NCBI RefSeq assembly: GCF_009914755.1 | Contig: NC_060928.1 | Reading direction: 5' to 3' (one strand) | Length of the DNA: 64,000 nucleotides | DNA from: the human T2T-CHM13v2.0 reference genome, Homo sapiens | Shown: piece after piece, positions 1-15,197 of the stretch | Numbering within the stretch: the stretch's first letter is position 1 | Layout: each line of letters begins with the position of its first letter | Translations under genes and position numbers: made by a program | Notes under the pieces: generated by a model | Database searches by the model: none | What the model saw: only the letters and a program-made list of their open reading frames with translations | What the model was told of the DNA's origin: nothing

Positions 1-542
1 CTTGGGGTGTCCTGAGGTCAAAGGCATACTGTAGATGAATTACAGCAAGCGAGTCCTCAGTTGCTCTGAGCAAAAGCAGTCATGATTTCTCAGACACAGC
101 CTGGAAGAAATCCAATAAAGTAAACAACACAGATTTAGGGACTCCAGAGACCTCTAACGAAATGGGGTTATTGAAGAGAAAATACCCAAATGTGAATTGT
201 AAACTAAACAAGTGCAGGAAATAAAGAGGCAGTGGCCATGTTTAGTCTGAAATGTGCTGATCAATTGAATTCACATTTCCTAAAACACTCTGATTTTGCT
301 TGGGTTGGATGGATGCTTGATTTTCCACAGAACAGAGCACGGCAGTAGTCAGTAATAAAGGGCACACTAACACGGCAAGATTGATGGCAAAATACTTGTG
401 GAAGTTATAAGATTGTTTTTAAAAAAATCTGTGGTGCATAAGATCTACTAACAGCTGTTGCCCATGGTCCATGCTAAGGACTACTTACTAGTCTTTTTCT
501 GATTTTTCTGGGACATCTACCCTACCTAGGAAATCCAGACAG

Positions 543-571
543 GTCTCTCTCTCTAGCTCAGCTCAGCAGTG

Positions 572-603
<32 letters not shown>

Positions 604-612
604 ACTCTCTCT
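543..612. repeat. Interrupted (CT)n microsatellite
   Basis: Runs of tctctc... visible directly. Confidence 0.85.
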
Positions 613-1319
613 AATTTTACCTTAAATAAGGGCTTCAGAGAACAATTGTTCAGATTAAATTGTGGATGTTGAGTTTATTTAGTATTCCATCTGTGTAAAG
701 ATGAAGGCGAGAAATTCCTTCTCGTTCATGAGATACTAGATTAATAATTATTTAAAATCTTCATTTTACTTATTCAAAAATTGAACTGTATAAGCCCCAA
801 GTAACATAGGACAAAGAATGTGAGACAAGTTTAGATCATCTTTATATTTTTCTTGCTTGGTAAATATCTCATTGGGATAGTATGGATTGGTTAAAACCTG
901 GATTCAAAGATTTGGATAGTCAAGTAGTATTGAATTCCTACGTTGTCAAAGATTGTTCCATAGGGTAGTAAATGAGTAGCAATCAATTCTCATATTTATC
1001 CTTTGAGTTTTCCAGGTTCTTTTTTACCAACCCAGGATCATATTCGTCATACTGTGATTAAGATGTGTGAAAACGTGCTTCTCTGAAGTCTCTTGTATCA
1101 CTTTCCACCAAGGGCCATAAAATGCCACCATTCTGGATGTCTCAGTTTTATGGTTTTTAAAGCAATCCCAGAATCAAAGGATTACAGATAAGGACTCATG
1201 ATCAGCGTTATCAAGTGGTTAATTCTTCCCCAATATCATCCTCATCCAGGAGTCTTCCAAATTGGATTACCAGGAAGGCAAGAATAAATTAGGGGCACAA
1301 AATCTTCATTAGGATCCAC

Positions 1320-1620
1320 ACATGTGAAGAAAAGGGGATGAAACAGAACTTGATATAGGAAGAAGCTGAACTGCAGTGGAGTGGCAACAAACCTTGGCTA
1401 ACCCAATAGGAAGCTCTCAACGGAGTATGGGCCTTCAGAGCGTCCCACAACAACTTGAAATAGCCGGTCTTTAGACTTCTCTGGTCCGTCATGCTATGCG
1501 GGCTGCCCTAGAAAGGGCATGGCCTTGATTCTCTGTAGCTGAGGCTGACTTTGAAGAAGCTGACAGCTGTAGGTTTTTGAATATCACACTCACCACAAGC
1601 TGAGAGCAAGACTTTGTTTG
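1320..1620. mobile_element. Ancient ERVL-type LTR fragment (LTR33-like)
   Basis: Text such as gaagctgaactgcagtggagtggcaacaaaccttggctaacccaataggaagctct and gggctgccctagaaagggcatggccttg resembles a recalled ERVL LTR consensus. Subfamily uncertain. Confidence 0.4.
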
Positions 1621-1684
1621 AAGGAGATTTGGACAGTGCTTCTTCTTTATCAAAGGAGCTTTTAAAATTTCCTTTTAAAAATAG

Positions 1685-2190
1685 TCCACTCATATGTCCA
1701 CACAAAAACTTGCAAATGAATGTTTAAAGCAGCATTACATATAATATCCAGAAAGTGGGAACAACCCAAATGTCCATTAACGGATGAGTGAATACATAAA
1801 ATATGTATCCATACAGTGGAAAAATATTTGGCAATAAAAATAAATGAAATATTGATTGACGCTACCACATGGGTGAACCTTGAAAGCATAATGCTAAATG
1901 AAAGAAGCCAGCTACAGAAGACCACATATTGTATGATTCTATTTATATAAATAGCAAGTCTATAGAGAAAGAAAATAGATTAGTGGTGGTTGCTTGCTTA
2001 GGACTGGGGTGGGATTGGAGTGGGAAGTGATTGCTATTAAATAAGGGGTTTCTTCTGGGGATGATGAAAATACTCTAAAGTTAGTAGTGATGCACAACCC
2101 TGTAAATATACTCAAACCATGGAAATGCGCACTTTAAATGGGTGAATTTTATAGTATGGGAAGCAGACTTCAATAAAGCTTTTTTAAAGT
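1685..2190 (+). mobile_element. Old L1M (L1MB/ME-like) 3' end
   Basis: Contains acaacccaaatgtccattaac, atgctaaatgaaagaagccag and gatgatgaaaatactctaaa, and ends in caataaagct...aaa, typical of mammalian L1 3' ends. Confidence 0.8.
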
Positions 2191-2289
2191 CACCATTAAA
2201 GTAAGGTAGGCAATGTGCTTCCTGCTTTCCTCTGAACATGTTCCGCTAATCATCATTATCATGATCATTATCATTGTCAGCAGCATTAT

Positions 2290-2500
2290 CATCATCATTA
2301 ATATTTATTAGGCCCTTGTACCAGGCACTCAATTAAAATGCATTGTATCCATTATCTTATTCTATAACAACCGACTTTTATTACTCCCATTCCAGATACA
2401 ACTGAGGTTAGAGAGAATTGGGAAATTTGCCTAGGACTACAGAATGAGTGATATCAAAAGTATCATTTAACCTCTCTGATTTCAGATTTGCTCAAAACTT
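2290..2500 (-). mobile_element. MIR SINE
   Basis: MIR core: ccaggcact...cccattccagatacaactgaggttagagag. Confidence 0.6.
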
Positions 2501-2810
2501 TAATATCTGTGTTTTAGGAATAGATCAAAATACTGGTGTTAATTTAGTTGCACTGTCCTAAAATTAACCTCAAAATGATGTGATTTTATATTTTACATGC
2601 CCTGTCCTCTGTGAAGTTTAAGAGAGTATAAATCTCCTAATTATTCATTTCATTTTTATTTGGACAATTAAGTTTAAATAGATTTCACTACTTCTGGAAA
2701 CAACACCCCCACTCATAATAAAATCATTATTTACTGGCATCTAGAGAAATCTGAAGGGAATCAGGCAGTGGCACAGAGTGTTTTCTATTGGAAGACATTA
2801 CATTTTCTTT

Positions 2811-3111
2811 CCCTTTTTTTTTGTTTTTTTTTGAAACAGTCTCACTATGTTGCCCAGGCTGGAGTGCATGGTGTGATCTTGGCTCACTGCAACCTCTGCC
2901 ACCTGGGTTCAAGCGATTCTCCTGCCTCAGCCTCTCAAGCAGCTGGAATTACAGGTGCACATCACCATGCCTGGCTAATTTTTGTGTTTTTAGTAGAGAC
3001 TGGGTTTCACCATATGGGCCAGGTTTGTCTCGAACTCCTGGTCTCAGGTGATCCACCTGCCTCGGCCTCCCAAAGTGCTGGGATTACAGGCATGAGCCAC
3101 TGTGCCCGGCT
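2811..3111 (-). mobile_element. AluS element with 17-bp TSD
   Basis: Poly-T plus reverse Alu dimer. TSD gacattacattttcttt at 2794-2810 and 3112-3128. Confidence 0.95.
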
Positions 3112-3644
3112 GACATTACATTTTCTTTGCATGTTGTTATGATGAATTGCAGAAGACCAAGGCACTGAGAATAGAGTCACGGCAATGTGTGTGGAGTACT
3201 GAATTGTCTAAACTTGTAGACCGGTAACTTTTGGTTTGTTTTTATGGACAGTTGCAAACTTCTTGATACATGGTATGGGAGCATTCCTTACACCACAATT
3301 TTATCTGACAGAAAGTAAGACTGCCAACAAATGACCTCACGGGACACAGCCTCAAAAAATGTGCCCTGGCCATTTTACTAACAAACAGTACTCACTCAAG
3401 CGCAATTTTAACCTGTTGTAGTTTAGAAAAAAATGAGTTCAGAATCCATTGTTGGTGGATGTACTTTACCCTGGAGCAAACTAGTGTCTAAGGAACTGGG
3501 AATTTCATCTGGAGAAAGTCATTCCAATGTATACTCCAAGGAGGATTATTTTTAAAATAAAATAACTTTTTGATGATAGAAACAACTTTCTAATGATTTA
3601 TTAGATAGAAGCAAATACAAATCAATTCAGAGATTTGAAGTTAC

Positions 3645-4160
3645 TGTCACCAAGAAAAAAAAGACAAATTACACATATCATAAATGTAAGAGAGATCCTC
3701 ACTACTGATCATATGGATATTGAAAGTATAATAAAGGAAAACTATGAACAGCTCTATGCAGGCAACTTTGATAACTTAGAGAAAATGGACCAATTACTTG
3801 AAAGACACAAACACCAAAACTCACACAAGGAGAAGTAGAGAACCTGAATAGGCCTATATCTATTACATAAATTGAATCAATAATTAATTACCTCAAAAAA
3901 AAAAAAAAAAAAGAAAGCACCAGGACCATGGTTTCCCTGAAGAATTCTACCAAACATTTAAAAAAGAAATAATACAAATTCTCCACAATTTCTCCCAGAA
4001 AATAGAAGCAGGGTGCACACATTCTGTGAGGCCAGCATTACCTTAACACCAAAACCAGATAAAGACACTTTAAGAAAGGAAAACTATACACCAATATTTC
4101 TCAAGACCATAGATGTAAAAATTCTCAAAAAAATCTTAGAAAATTGAATCCAAAAATTAT
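3645..4160 (+). mobile_element. Old L1 ORF2 fragment
   Basis: ORF 3635-3838 (IIKENYEQLYAGNFDNLEKMDQLLE) matches the L1 ORF2 Z-domain region, followed by a decayed ...[11 protein letters not shown]... segment. Confidence 0.85.
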
Positions 4161-4189
4161 AAAAAGTATTTCTTTAGACACACACACAC

Positions 4190-5110
4190 ATATATTCTTG
4201 AATATTTATATTTGATATGCTCAATTTTTTCTCTACCTTCTTCAATATATGAAATATAATTGTAATACCTGTTTTGATGTCTTTGCCTGCTAATTCTGTC
4301 ATTTGTGTCCTCTCCCGATCTGTTTCTTTTATTGGTTTTTCTCCTGTCATGATTCACACCTGATGATTTTTTTTATTGGATGCCCGCCATAGTAAATTTT
4401 ACCTTATTTGTTGCTGGGCACTTTATACTCCTGTAAATTATTCTTAAATTTTTTTTCTGGGGGCTCCATTAAGCCACTTGCAAACAGTCTGATCTTTTTT
4501 GAGACTTGTTTTTAATATCATCAAGTGGGATCGGAGAAGCCTTTAGTCTAGGGCTAATATTCTCCCACTACAGGGACAATACATTTTTGAGTACTGCATC
4601 CCATGCCCAGTGAATTACAAGGATTTTTTTCTCTGGCTGGTGAGAGCACAAACTATTCCTGGGCTTGTGTGAGCCCCAGGGATCTCGCCAGTTAATTATC
4701 TCAGGTGTATTTTTCCCTAGCCTCACTGATCAGTACTCAGCTGAAGGCTAAAGGAGAATCCTCTGCAAATCTCCACAGCATTCTCCATGCAGTTCTCTTC
4801 TCTCTGGCACATTGTCCTATGAATTGTAGCCGCTTTGACCTCCCTGTTCTCCCACCTCTATCTCTTCAACTTGGGTACTTGGCTGAGTAATGCCTGGATT
4901 TTACCCGCCTTGTGCTGTAGGCTGGAAATCCTCTGGCCTGTATGCTAGGGCAATTGCCGGGCTCACCTTGATTCTTCCTATCTCTGAGGGATTCACTGTC
5001 CTGTGGTGCCTGATAGCCAATGTCTGAAAACCATTGTTTTATAGATTTTGTCTTTTTTGAAGTTATTTCAGGGAGGAGAATAAATCCAGCCCCTCGTACT
5101 CCATCTTGGC
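4190..5110 (-). mobile_element. Old L1M 5'/ORF1-proximal fragment
   Basis: Sequence style of mammalian L1 5' regions (cactgtcctgtggtgcctgatagccaatgtctgaaaaccattgtttt). Confidence 0.55.
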
Positions 5111-5454
5111 CAATTTAAATAATTTGGGATGCTTGATTTCTTCCCCACCTCTCCCCTGTCCTCCAAATGCTATAGTCATATTGTCAATTGCTATGTTTGG
5201 CGACTGTTTTTCCCTCTCTGTTTCTGTCCAAATCTATTTTTCATCTTTTTCTGTTCATCAATATCTACTTGTCCTTTGTTCTTATTCTAAATTTAATTAT
5301 CTATTTAACACCCAAATCACTGTTTATAGTCCATCATCAGAAATGTATTGGAGGAGGATGGATTCCAAATGGTCTGTCCCCTGATTGTTAAGAATTTAGG
5401 TACATGGTTACATTTCTGATTAGTTACTCTGTACCTCTTTCTTATTTTATCTAG

Positions 5455-6440
<986 letters not shown>

Positions 6441-6585
6441 TTCATAAATTCATCCTGTTTCCATTCCAGTTTTTAAATGGACAATGGCTATTCCATTTCT
6501 TGGGATTTCTCACTTACAAAATTAGCTGTTAGACTGGATAGCATCTATAAGCTATCCATTTATCTGGGCTTCTGAAAATGAGGCA

Positions 6586-6775
6586 TTTCCTTTTCTTTCT
6601 TTCTTTCTCTTCTTTCTTCCTTTCTCTTTCGCTTTCCTTCTTTCCTTTTTTCTTTCTCTTTCTTTTCTTTCTTTCTTTCTTTCTTCCTTCCTTCCTTCTT
6701 CCTTCCTTCTTTTCTTTCTCTCTCTCTCCTTCCTTCCTTCCTTTCTTTCTCTTTCTTTCTTTCTTTCTTTCTTTC

Positions 6776-6836
<61 letters not shown>

Positions 6837-6859
6837 TTTCTTTCTTTCTCTTTTTCTTC
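6586..6859. repeat. ~275-bp polypyrimidine tract, (TTTC)n/(TTCC)n
   Basis: Almost exclusively C/T on the + strand, including a long near-perfect TTTC run at about 6780-6850. Confidence 0.95.
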
Positions 6860-9800
6860 TGCTAGTACCCGTATAACAAAAATAACAGCTAAGGTGGGGT
6901 TATAAAGAAAAATGGATCCTTTTGCATTCTTGTGTCATTCTCTCTGATCTATACAGTAGTTCTGAAACCGATAATTTAGGCTGAGTAGCTCTATCAGGAC
7001 TTTCAAACCTAAAAGATACGTAAGAAATGAGTGTGTCGCTCTTAAAGGTCAAAATGAAGAAACAACAACAAAACTAAAACAACAGCCTCAATAGCAAGGC
7101 CCATGTATAGGAAGATCTGGGAAGAATGTAATCAGGTATAAAGAACAAGTTGAGGACAGCATCTCAGAACTAAAGCTATGAATAGCAATATTGTTCTGGA
7201 ATCTCTCTCCTGTGTGGTGCCTTGCACTTGTTGCCAGAGCCAAGCATGCTGGCTTAAAAAAGCTGCAGATGACTGGACAGTACAAAGGACCCTGGACATG
7301 AAATGAAGAAACCTGGATTTGTGATAAAATTTCGCCACTAAGTTAGCTTAGGTATGTAATTTTATCTTTCTGGTAATTTCTGCACTATAAATCATAACTG
7401 TTTTTGTAAGTTAAAATGGAATGGATGACTCAGTATTTTTGCCTCTGGCAATTTCCCTAAGGAAATAAGTGTCTGTGCAAAAAATTGGCTACAAGAATTA
7501 CTTAATTGGCTTATTGTTGGTAGCATAAAATAAGAAAATGTACATGTTCAACAATAGGTGATTAAATAAATTGTGTATCATTTAGATAAACAGATTCCAG
7601 TGAAGCCACTAGCCATAACAGAAGCATATTTTCTGAAATAAAATTTATTGTTTATTATATGTTGGTAAGTGAAAAAGCAAGTTACAAAAAGGAATGTATA
7701 GTATGATCTTGTATTTTTTGTGTTTATGTAATTGGGAGAACAGGATACCCCCTTTTCTGTATGCAGATGAAGAATGATATGAACAAAAGATACTCAGCAT
7801 TTCAAAATCTCTCTTATAAAATCATCATTAAAAGTATATAGTGCTCCATAGTTTTTCTGGTAAGCTTGAAGGGAAAGTAGAAAAGAAACCAAATACACTA
7901 AAAATGAGAGAGGACATTCATGATCATGGGACAGCCAGCAAAGTTTTTTTGTGGATGAGAAACACAATGATGGGATTAACCCAAAAGAGAAATATACTTG
8001 AAGTTTCATGTTGCTGAGACCTGGAGCTTCGAAACTCTCACCCCCTTTTTCCCTCACTTCCTTTTCACACTTTCCTGCCAAGTGGCATTATAGCATCAGC
8101 GAACGGATCACATTGAGCGAGGCCCAAGATGCTTCTCCAGCCTCGATGTCTCAACCCTGAGAATGGCTCTTGGGGAATGAGTAATAAATCAGATGGTGAA
8201 ATCTCCCATGGCTAAGTGTGACTTGTTCCAAAAGTAGAGCATGTTTACTTGGATAAGTTTCAAGAAGGAGTTTTGTTGGCTAAAAAGCATGAATCTCTCA
8301 GAAGGCAGTGGAGCCAAGTTAGAAACCAGATATGATCCCAAAGTGAAATCTTCCGGGAAAGGGGCTCTCTCCTTCTGGGAACATTGTCTTTATCACAGTG
8401 CCTGTAACATAGTGGCTCCTTAATCAATGTTTCCTTTAGTTCTTATCTTCTGCCTGCAAGGAAGTTTTGTTTAATTTTGTTTTTCATCTCTACTTGCTAG
8501 CCAAATGACTCTTCGCCATTCTAAAGTGTCTCTTTTTCCATATCTCCTCATATGTACCTACATATACACGTGTGTATACATTGAGTTTTCCATCTTTTAG
8601 TAAAATGGGCCGAGTAATTTTCTTATGAACTGAAAGAGGGAAATGCAGGAATGTAAACTTGATTGTCATTTTTTAAATTAGTCCTCTTAGCCCTATGCCT
8701 TAGAGGGAGTTCTTTTCTCATGGTGTGAACAACAAAGCATCTACTTCTTTTGCTTGGGGGCAAAAGGGTACTCATGACAAGATTAAAAGAGCAAATAGGA
8801 GAGGAAGGGAAATTCTGAAAATTAATGCTTTTATAAGGCTGTGGTGACTAACCAACTCCATCTTCAGTAGAATGTCTCTGAGTCACCTATGATGAGCAAT
8901 GATATTGACAAAAAGAAGCATTGTACACGTAACACCACCTAATCACAAATTACTTAGCTAAATCCTTCTTCCCACACAACAGCAATTGTTTCTTCAGACC
9001 CTGGAGGAACAGGTGCTGTGGGTGAACTAGCTGCTTGTTCTTTTGTTCACTTTGCCAGGCAGAATCAAGTGGGTGGATTGTGAATAAGATCATTGATGTT
9101 TACTTGGTTGCTAGTCGCCCCACGCGCTCACTTTCCTATTTTGCTTATTTAAAGTAATAAAACAGAAAAGCAGAACTGAAGAAAATTGATCACTAAATGC
9201 GGTTTCAGGTGCTAAGCAGTCTTTTCATTGTTTTTAAAAAAATTTTCATTGAAGTTAGGGCAGGGAGAAGATAATATCATCTAAAGGTGATACAGAGCAC
9301 TTCTGGCTTAACGTACCCTTCTCCCAACTGGAATTCCTACAAGAACTTTAAACTGAGTGAGACGTTTAGTTTCCTAGTCCCAAATCATTATGTGATGAAA
9401 AACTATCCAGCACTGGCTGGGCACATCAGGAAGCTATAGCAAGAGTGAATGCAACAGCGGATGAAGTTTAGAGTTTGAAGAAAATAACAATTTCTTTCTT
9501 CATATTTTATTTTTTCACAACTCTCATTATATCCATAGAATAACAACCTTAAAGGGGACAATACAAACATAATTTGTTCTGACTTTTCTTGATTCCAATG
9601 AGTTCCCAAACTCTTTCTTGAAAAAAGCAACGCAATCCAGTCTCTCTCTGTGTCCACCCTCCCCTGAACACCCATGGTCTAAAAAACAGTAGCTCATACT
9701 TAGCTGAGGGTTAGGTTCTTATCAGTCTAAGCCCAATAGTGTGTGGCCTGTGATCCAGTTCTGGGCCAATTGGGCTGCTAGGAAATGTTTCCTTGCTGAG

Positions 9801-10284
9801 GATGGGTTGGGGAGGTGTGGAGAAGACTTGAGCAAGCGTTCCTCTTCCAGTGGGTGTTGTCCTGTCTGGATGTGACATGAGGAACCAAGTCATGCATTTT
9901 GGGAACTCAAGGTCGCTTAACCTGGAGTATAGAGTTTCCTCTCTTGCAAGGGCAGAGCTAAAAAATGGAAAGAACCTGGGTCCTTTTTTTATGTTGTTGA
10001 AGTTACTGAAATAAACAGCCAGAGCTGACTCATCTCTCTCTTGTTGAAGTAATGTATTTTCCTTATTATTTAAGGTGTTTGGAATCTAGTTTCTGTTCCT
10101 TATGGCTTAAGAAATTCTAAATGTGTGCAATGATGGCTAAAAGTTATTTAGCTACAGTAGAGTTGTTCTTTTCTTTTTCAGTTGATTACGATGTAAGCAA
10201 TATACAGCTCTTGGAATTACTCTGAAGCAAGTCATATATGTGCTGGGAGCCTCAGGTTTTTCAACTGTAAAGCTAGAGAGCAAT

Positions 10285-12330
10285 TCATTTATTTATTCAG
10301 CCACAAATATTTATTAAGCACCTACTATGTTCCAGATACTTCTAGGAGTTGGGAATACATCAGTGAACAAAAGTGATAAAAATCCCTGCTCTCGCTGTGT
10401 GTGTAATTTAGGAGAGGAGACAACTGATAAATAACATGAATAAAATGAGGAAAGCAGTATGTTAAATAGTAAGTGCCAAGCAGAAGAAAATCAGGGAAGG
10501 AAGATATAAAGTGCCGGTGGGGGAGGGAGTTTGAAATCTTAGGATTATCAGTGAAGGCTTGACTAAGAAAGTGACTTTATTTTGTAACGAAATAAGAAAG
10601 TGAAAGAGCCAGCCTCTTGCCTCTTGCCTTTCTGAGGAAGAGTATTTCTAGCACAGTAAACAGCAAGTGTAAAGGTCACGAGACGGGAGCATCGCTGGCA
10701 CATTCACAGAAGAGGAAGGGGAGAAAGTCATGGGAAGAAGAGCATCAGGCAGAACTCACTTTGTCTCTTTGAGTGAAAGCAGAAACTATCAGATGATTTT
10801 TAGCAGAGAAGTGACATGCTTTGACATATTTTAACAAGTTTATTCTGGCTGCTGCATTGAGAATAGACAAAGAGCAGAAGCCAAGAAACTGTTAGGAGGA
10901 TATTTCAGTAATATAGATAACAGGATGATGATTTGATTCAAGAGAGGTAGCAGACAGTATTGTGAGAAGTGGTCACATTCTGATTATGTTTTGAAGGAAT
11001 TTCAAATAGAGAGGAATTAAGAATGATACCAAGATTTCTGGTCTGATCAGTGGAAGAATTGAGTTATCCATCCTTGAGATATGGAAAGAGTTATAAGAAA
11101 GGGTTTTGGTACAGACTATCAGGTGTTCAGTTTATGACATGTTAATTTGGCATGCCTAGTAGATGTATAATGTAGATTTCCAATAGGCAGCTGAATATAT
11201 ATGTTTGGAGTTTAGGGGAGTGATCTAAGCTGGAGAGATATGTTTAAGAATCATTAATATAATTTGAAGCCATTGAGATTAGATGCAATTACCCTGGGAG
11301 AGAATGAAGATGAGTTCCAAATTTAAAAGTCAAGCTGGGCATGGTGGCATGTGCTATAGTCCCAGCTACTCAGGAAGCTGAGGTAGAAAGGTCACTGGAG
11401 CCCAGTTCAAGGCTAGCCTAAGCAACACAGCAAGACCTTGTCTCAAAAACAGACAGAAAAAAAAATAATGAAAACAAAAAGTCTTCCAAATGTAAAAGTC
11501 AGGTTGATGAAAAAGGACCAGTCAGAGACTGGGAAGGAGCATCTATAAAGCTGGGAGGAAAATCAGGCAAATGTATTGTTTGAATGACAAAAGAAGAATG
11601 TTTAAAGATTGAGACAATGAACAACTCTGTCAAATGCTGCTGAGAGATGAAGTAAAAATGAGGACAGAAAATGGATCCTTGATTTAACAACATGGTAGTC
11701 ATTGGTGACTTAGAGAACTGTTCTGTGGAGTGGTAAAGGTAACTGGAGTGGGTTTAAGAGAGAATGGGAGGAGAGAAATTTCAGACAGCAGTTTAGGCAA
11801 GGCTCTCAAGGAATCTGGCTATAAAGAAATGGGGCACTGGTGGATACAACTAGTATGGAGGAAATTATTTATAATGACAAGGCAAGGTGAAGAGAGTTGC
11901 TAGAGCAATACTTGTGAGCAGAGGTGGTGGCCTTTGTTAGGTGCATGACCTATTTACAAACAGTAATAAAAGAGATAGCAGGGTGCATACACAGAGATGC
12001 AGAGATTACTTCATTTCTTGCAGTGAAATAAGCAGCAAGGTCCTCACCTGAGTGAGAATAGGGGAAGAAATATTGGAGGTGGGAAAAGTAAATGAAGTCT
12101 GAAATAGTTGACAGAAGACTGGAAGAGAGAATGGATTAGGGACATATGATTTTTGGGCAGCCTCTGGGGCTTACCTGAGGCAGGTCAATGGCCATGAATA
12201 TATAACAAGACCTGTCAGCATAGGTGCACGTTTTTCCAGCTACATTCAGCCTTAGGATTATGAGCATGGCCCAAGCAGATAAGAGGATGTATCCATGGTT
12301 GTGAGTTTCCAAGAGTGTGAGAAAGTCCAA
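10285..12330 (-). mobile_element. L2 LINE fossil with inserted Alu monomer (11334-11465, +)
   Basis: Begins with the reverse L2 3' end (attcattt...caaatatttattaagcacctactatgttccag), followed by a purine-rich L2 body. FLAM/AluJ monomer at 11334-11465. Confidence 0.75.
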
Positions 12331-12886
12331 GGAGCAAGTGAGTTAGGTTCTACTAGCCTTGTAAAGAGCTAACTTAGATTAAGCCCAGACTACATTATGT
12401 GCTAGCAATTGAGTTAGGCCATAGTGCAAACCATTATATCCCAAAGCAGTTTCTAAACATCTGGTTATAGATAGAAAGTTACTATAATTTGTATAAGTAT
12501 TTCACAATTTGTCCTGGTCCTGCCTAGAGACTCAGCAATAAAAATTACCCAACAGTTCTTGGCCATTGAAGACTTTGAAACTAGGACAAAATAAACTCAT
12601 TTTACTGTAAAATAGCTGCAGATCTTCCTTTAAGAAATTAAATAGTACCATAGAAACACTTTGTGCTTTTTTTTTTTTTTTGTAGACCTTGATTTTCTTC
12701 TTAAAACGAAGTAAAAATAATGACAAGCATTTTAGTAGCAGGGGCCCAGCAGAAGACAGCTGCCTAAGTAGCATGGTTTTAGGGATGCTGAGAACAATCC
12801 CTCTACAAACCAATGCCCATACCTGTTCACTGGGGCCTGAGGTGCCAACAGAGGTGCCCTTTGGCTTTAAGAAAGGGGTCAAAGCT

Positions 12887-13190
12887 GGCTGGGCGCAATG
12901 GCTCACGCCTGTAATCCCAGCACTTGGGAGGTCAAGCAGGTGGATCACTTGAGCTCAGGAGTTCGAGACCAGCCTGGCCAACATGGCAAAGCCCTATCTC
13001 TAATAAAAATACAAAAATTAGCTGGGTGTGGTGGCATGCACCTGTAATCCCAGCTACTCAGGAGGCTGAGGCATGAGGCTTGAACCCGGGATGAGGCTGC
13101 ACTGAGCCAAGTTCGTGCCACTGCACTCCAGCCTGGTGACAGAGTGAGACTGTCAAAAAAAAAAAAAAAAAAAAAGAAAATAAAAAAAGA
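12887..13190 (+). mobile_element. AluS element
   Basis: Alu dimer with long poly-A tail. Confidence 0.95.
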
Positions 13191-13812
13191 AAGAGATCAA
13201 AGTCTTCAGTGTCCACAGGAGCCAGCAGCAAACTCATGGGGCAGATGTGAAGTATGTGTGTGCCTGGTGGGGATAGGGGAGTGCCTGCTCCCTTCTGAAA
13301 CAGGCAGCAGCTTCTCTGACTGCTGCTGTAGTGAACACAGAACCAGTGGGGCAGACCTTACACTTTTTCAAATTAATTAAGCCAGAAATCTTGACTTTTA
13401 CATGACATATCCAATTTTTAAATGTTGGTGACATTTAAAAAAACATAAAAACACTTTTTACGGACAAACAAGAATTTTTTTTTTCTGTTGTAAAGCAGCA
13501 AAAGCCTAAATGCAAATCCTTCTGGAGTACAATTACTGCTTAATCTGTTATCAACTTTTCCTACTCCAGTCTGCAGGAGAACATTCTAGCTCTCTTCTGA
13601 GAATTGGTTTTGTCTGAGAGAAAAGCAGGAATGCTGTAAATGCTTCCTGCTGCTTTCTCAGGTTAGGGTGGTTTATGACAGCTGTTGTTCAGTTCATGGA
13701 CACATGGTCTAGTACGCTGATCTTCATTGTAATCTTTTTGTACATTCTCACCTTTAAAAAATCTGATAAAAAGACCACAGAGCCATGAAAGGTTCATAGA
13801 AGTCAGTAGAAT

Positions 13813-13818
13813 TTTATT
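13813..13818 (-). terminator. CAMK2D: Candidate distal AATAAA polyadenylation signal of CAMK2D
   Basis: tttatt on + strand. It would give a ~3.5-kb terminal exon. Use is inferred. Confidence 0.55.
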
Positions 13819-15191
13819 CAATGAAATCACTCGAAAGCTGTGTCATCTATGTTTACCCTTAAATTATAATTTTTTACATAAAAATTCAAAATTTGGGTGA
13901 AGATTAATATTCCTTGAAAATTTCCTTAGAATATACTGATTTGCTACTACATTTCATTTTTCCTACATTCAGCTAGATGACCACTTCATTTGGTGTCTCT
14001 CAGCCTTCTGCTGAGACATTTGAGTCCGAGTATATCCTCAGCATTAACAGTAAACCTACATAAAGAGGGCAGCCCAACAGCAAAACAAGAGTTGTATACC
14101 CTCGTGAGTAAAGAATAATAACAATAGGAATATTAATGTCAGTGATCAGAATAGTTATACTGCTACCATTTAATTTCTATCAAATATCATTCTAGTCACT
14201 CTGTACCCATTAATCCTCACAATATCTTTATTAAGTTGGTATGTTTATTCTCATTTTACAAATATGGAAACTGAGGGTCAGAGGGAAGAGGTAACTTGCT
14301 CAGAGCATCAAGACAGTGGTGAGAGAACCCATCATTAAAACAAGGACTATCTGGGTACCCCTTGAGGCTTCTGTTATCAAAAGGGCTTGGCCTCAATTCA
14401 ACAACTATTTATCAATGATATCTCCATTCCTGGCCTTGGTTTGGGTTTAGGAATGCAATGATGAATACACAGTTCTTGCCCATGGAGACATTATACTGCA
14501 GTAGAGGAGACACAAATAGAAATATATTTTCAAAACAATGTGGTTGACAGGAGAGGTAAATACAATCTATTATGTAGGTTTTGAGAGGGAAGGCAAGCCC
14601 AGAATAGGGCCTAGGAAGGTTTGCTGTGGAGCATGATGCTGTACACTGAATCTTAGGAAAAAGTAAGAAGTCGGGAAAAGAAGTAGGGGAAGAGACTATT
14701 TATTCTAGGTAAGAAACATAAACAACATGAACAGCATAAACAGGCATGTGAGCAAGTGTGATGTTTTTAGCAAATCAAAAGAAGCTGAGCATCCATGTAT
14801 GCTCAAGTTCAAGCTGGGGAGTAGCAGGAGCTGGGGTGCTTGCCTGTATCCCAGAAATGGTAACATCAAAGTGTTACAAGGACAGGTTCGTATTAAAAAA
14901 AAAAAAAAAGCAGCCATGTGAAGGCTGGATTGGAGGGTACAGTTTAGAGAAGCTTTTAGGAGTCTTAGTTGTTAACTATATTGTTCTCAGCAACATTTTC
15001 CCAGAAGAGACCATTGTTTTGCTCACAGAGAACAATTAACTTGCCATTCTCACCAAGTGCAAATTGTTATGTACTAAATGAGACCAGAGTAGGACACACT
15101 GCCCTTGACACTGGCCAGCACTATGCAGGCATACATACAGTACCTCTTCTGAAGAAATAAAGATGGACGCACTGTCAGCAGAAATCACAAA

Positions 15192-15197
15192 TTTATT
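15192..15197 (-). terminator. CAMK2D: Candidate major AATAAA polyadenylation signal of CAMK2D
   Basis: tttatt on + strand at the end of the repeat-free UTR block, with upstream UGUA (15247-15250) and U/GU-rich downstream sequence on the minus strand. Confidence 0.7.

Noticed and set aside
900-1660. Overlapping short minus-strand ORFs (1289-1705) suggesting a processed pseudogene
   Set aside because: No recognisable protein. The region is better explained by an old LTR fragment and an L1 3' end.
6578-6865. 95-aa Phe/Leu/Ser-rich ORF resembling a membrane protein
   Set aside because: Artifact of the stop-free polypyrimidine microsatellite.
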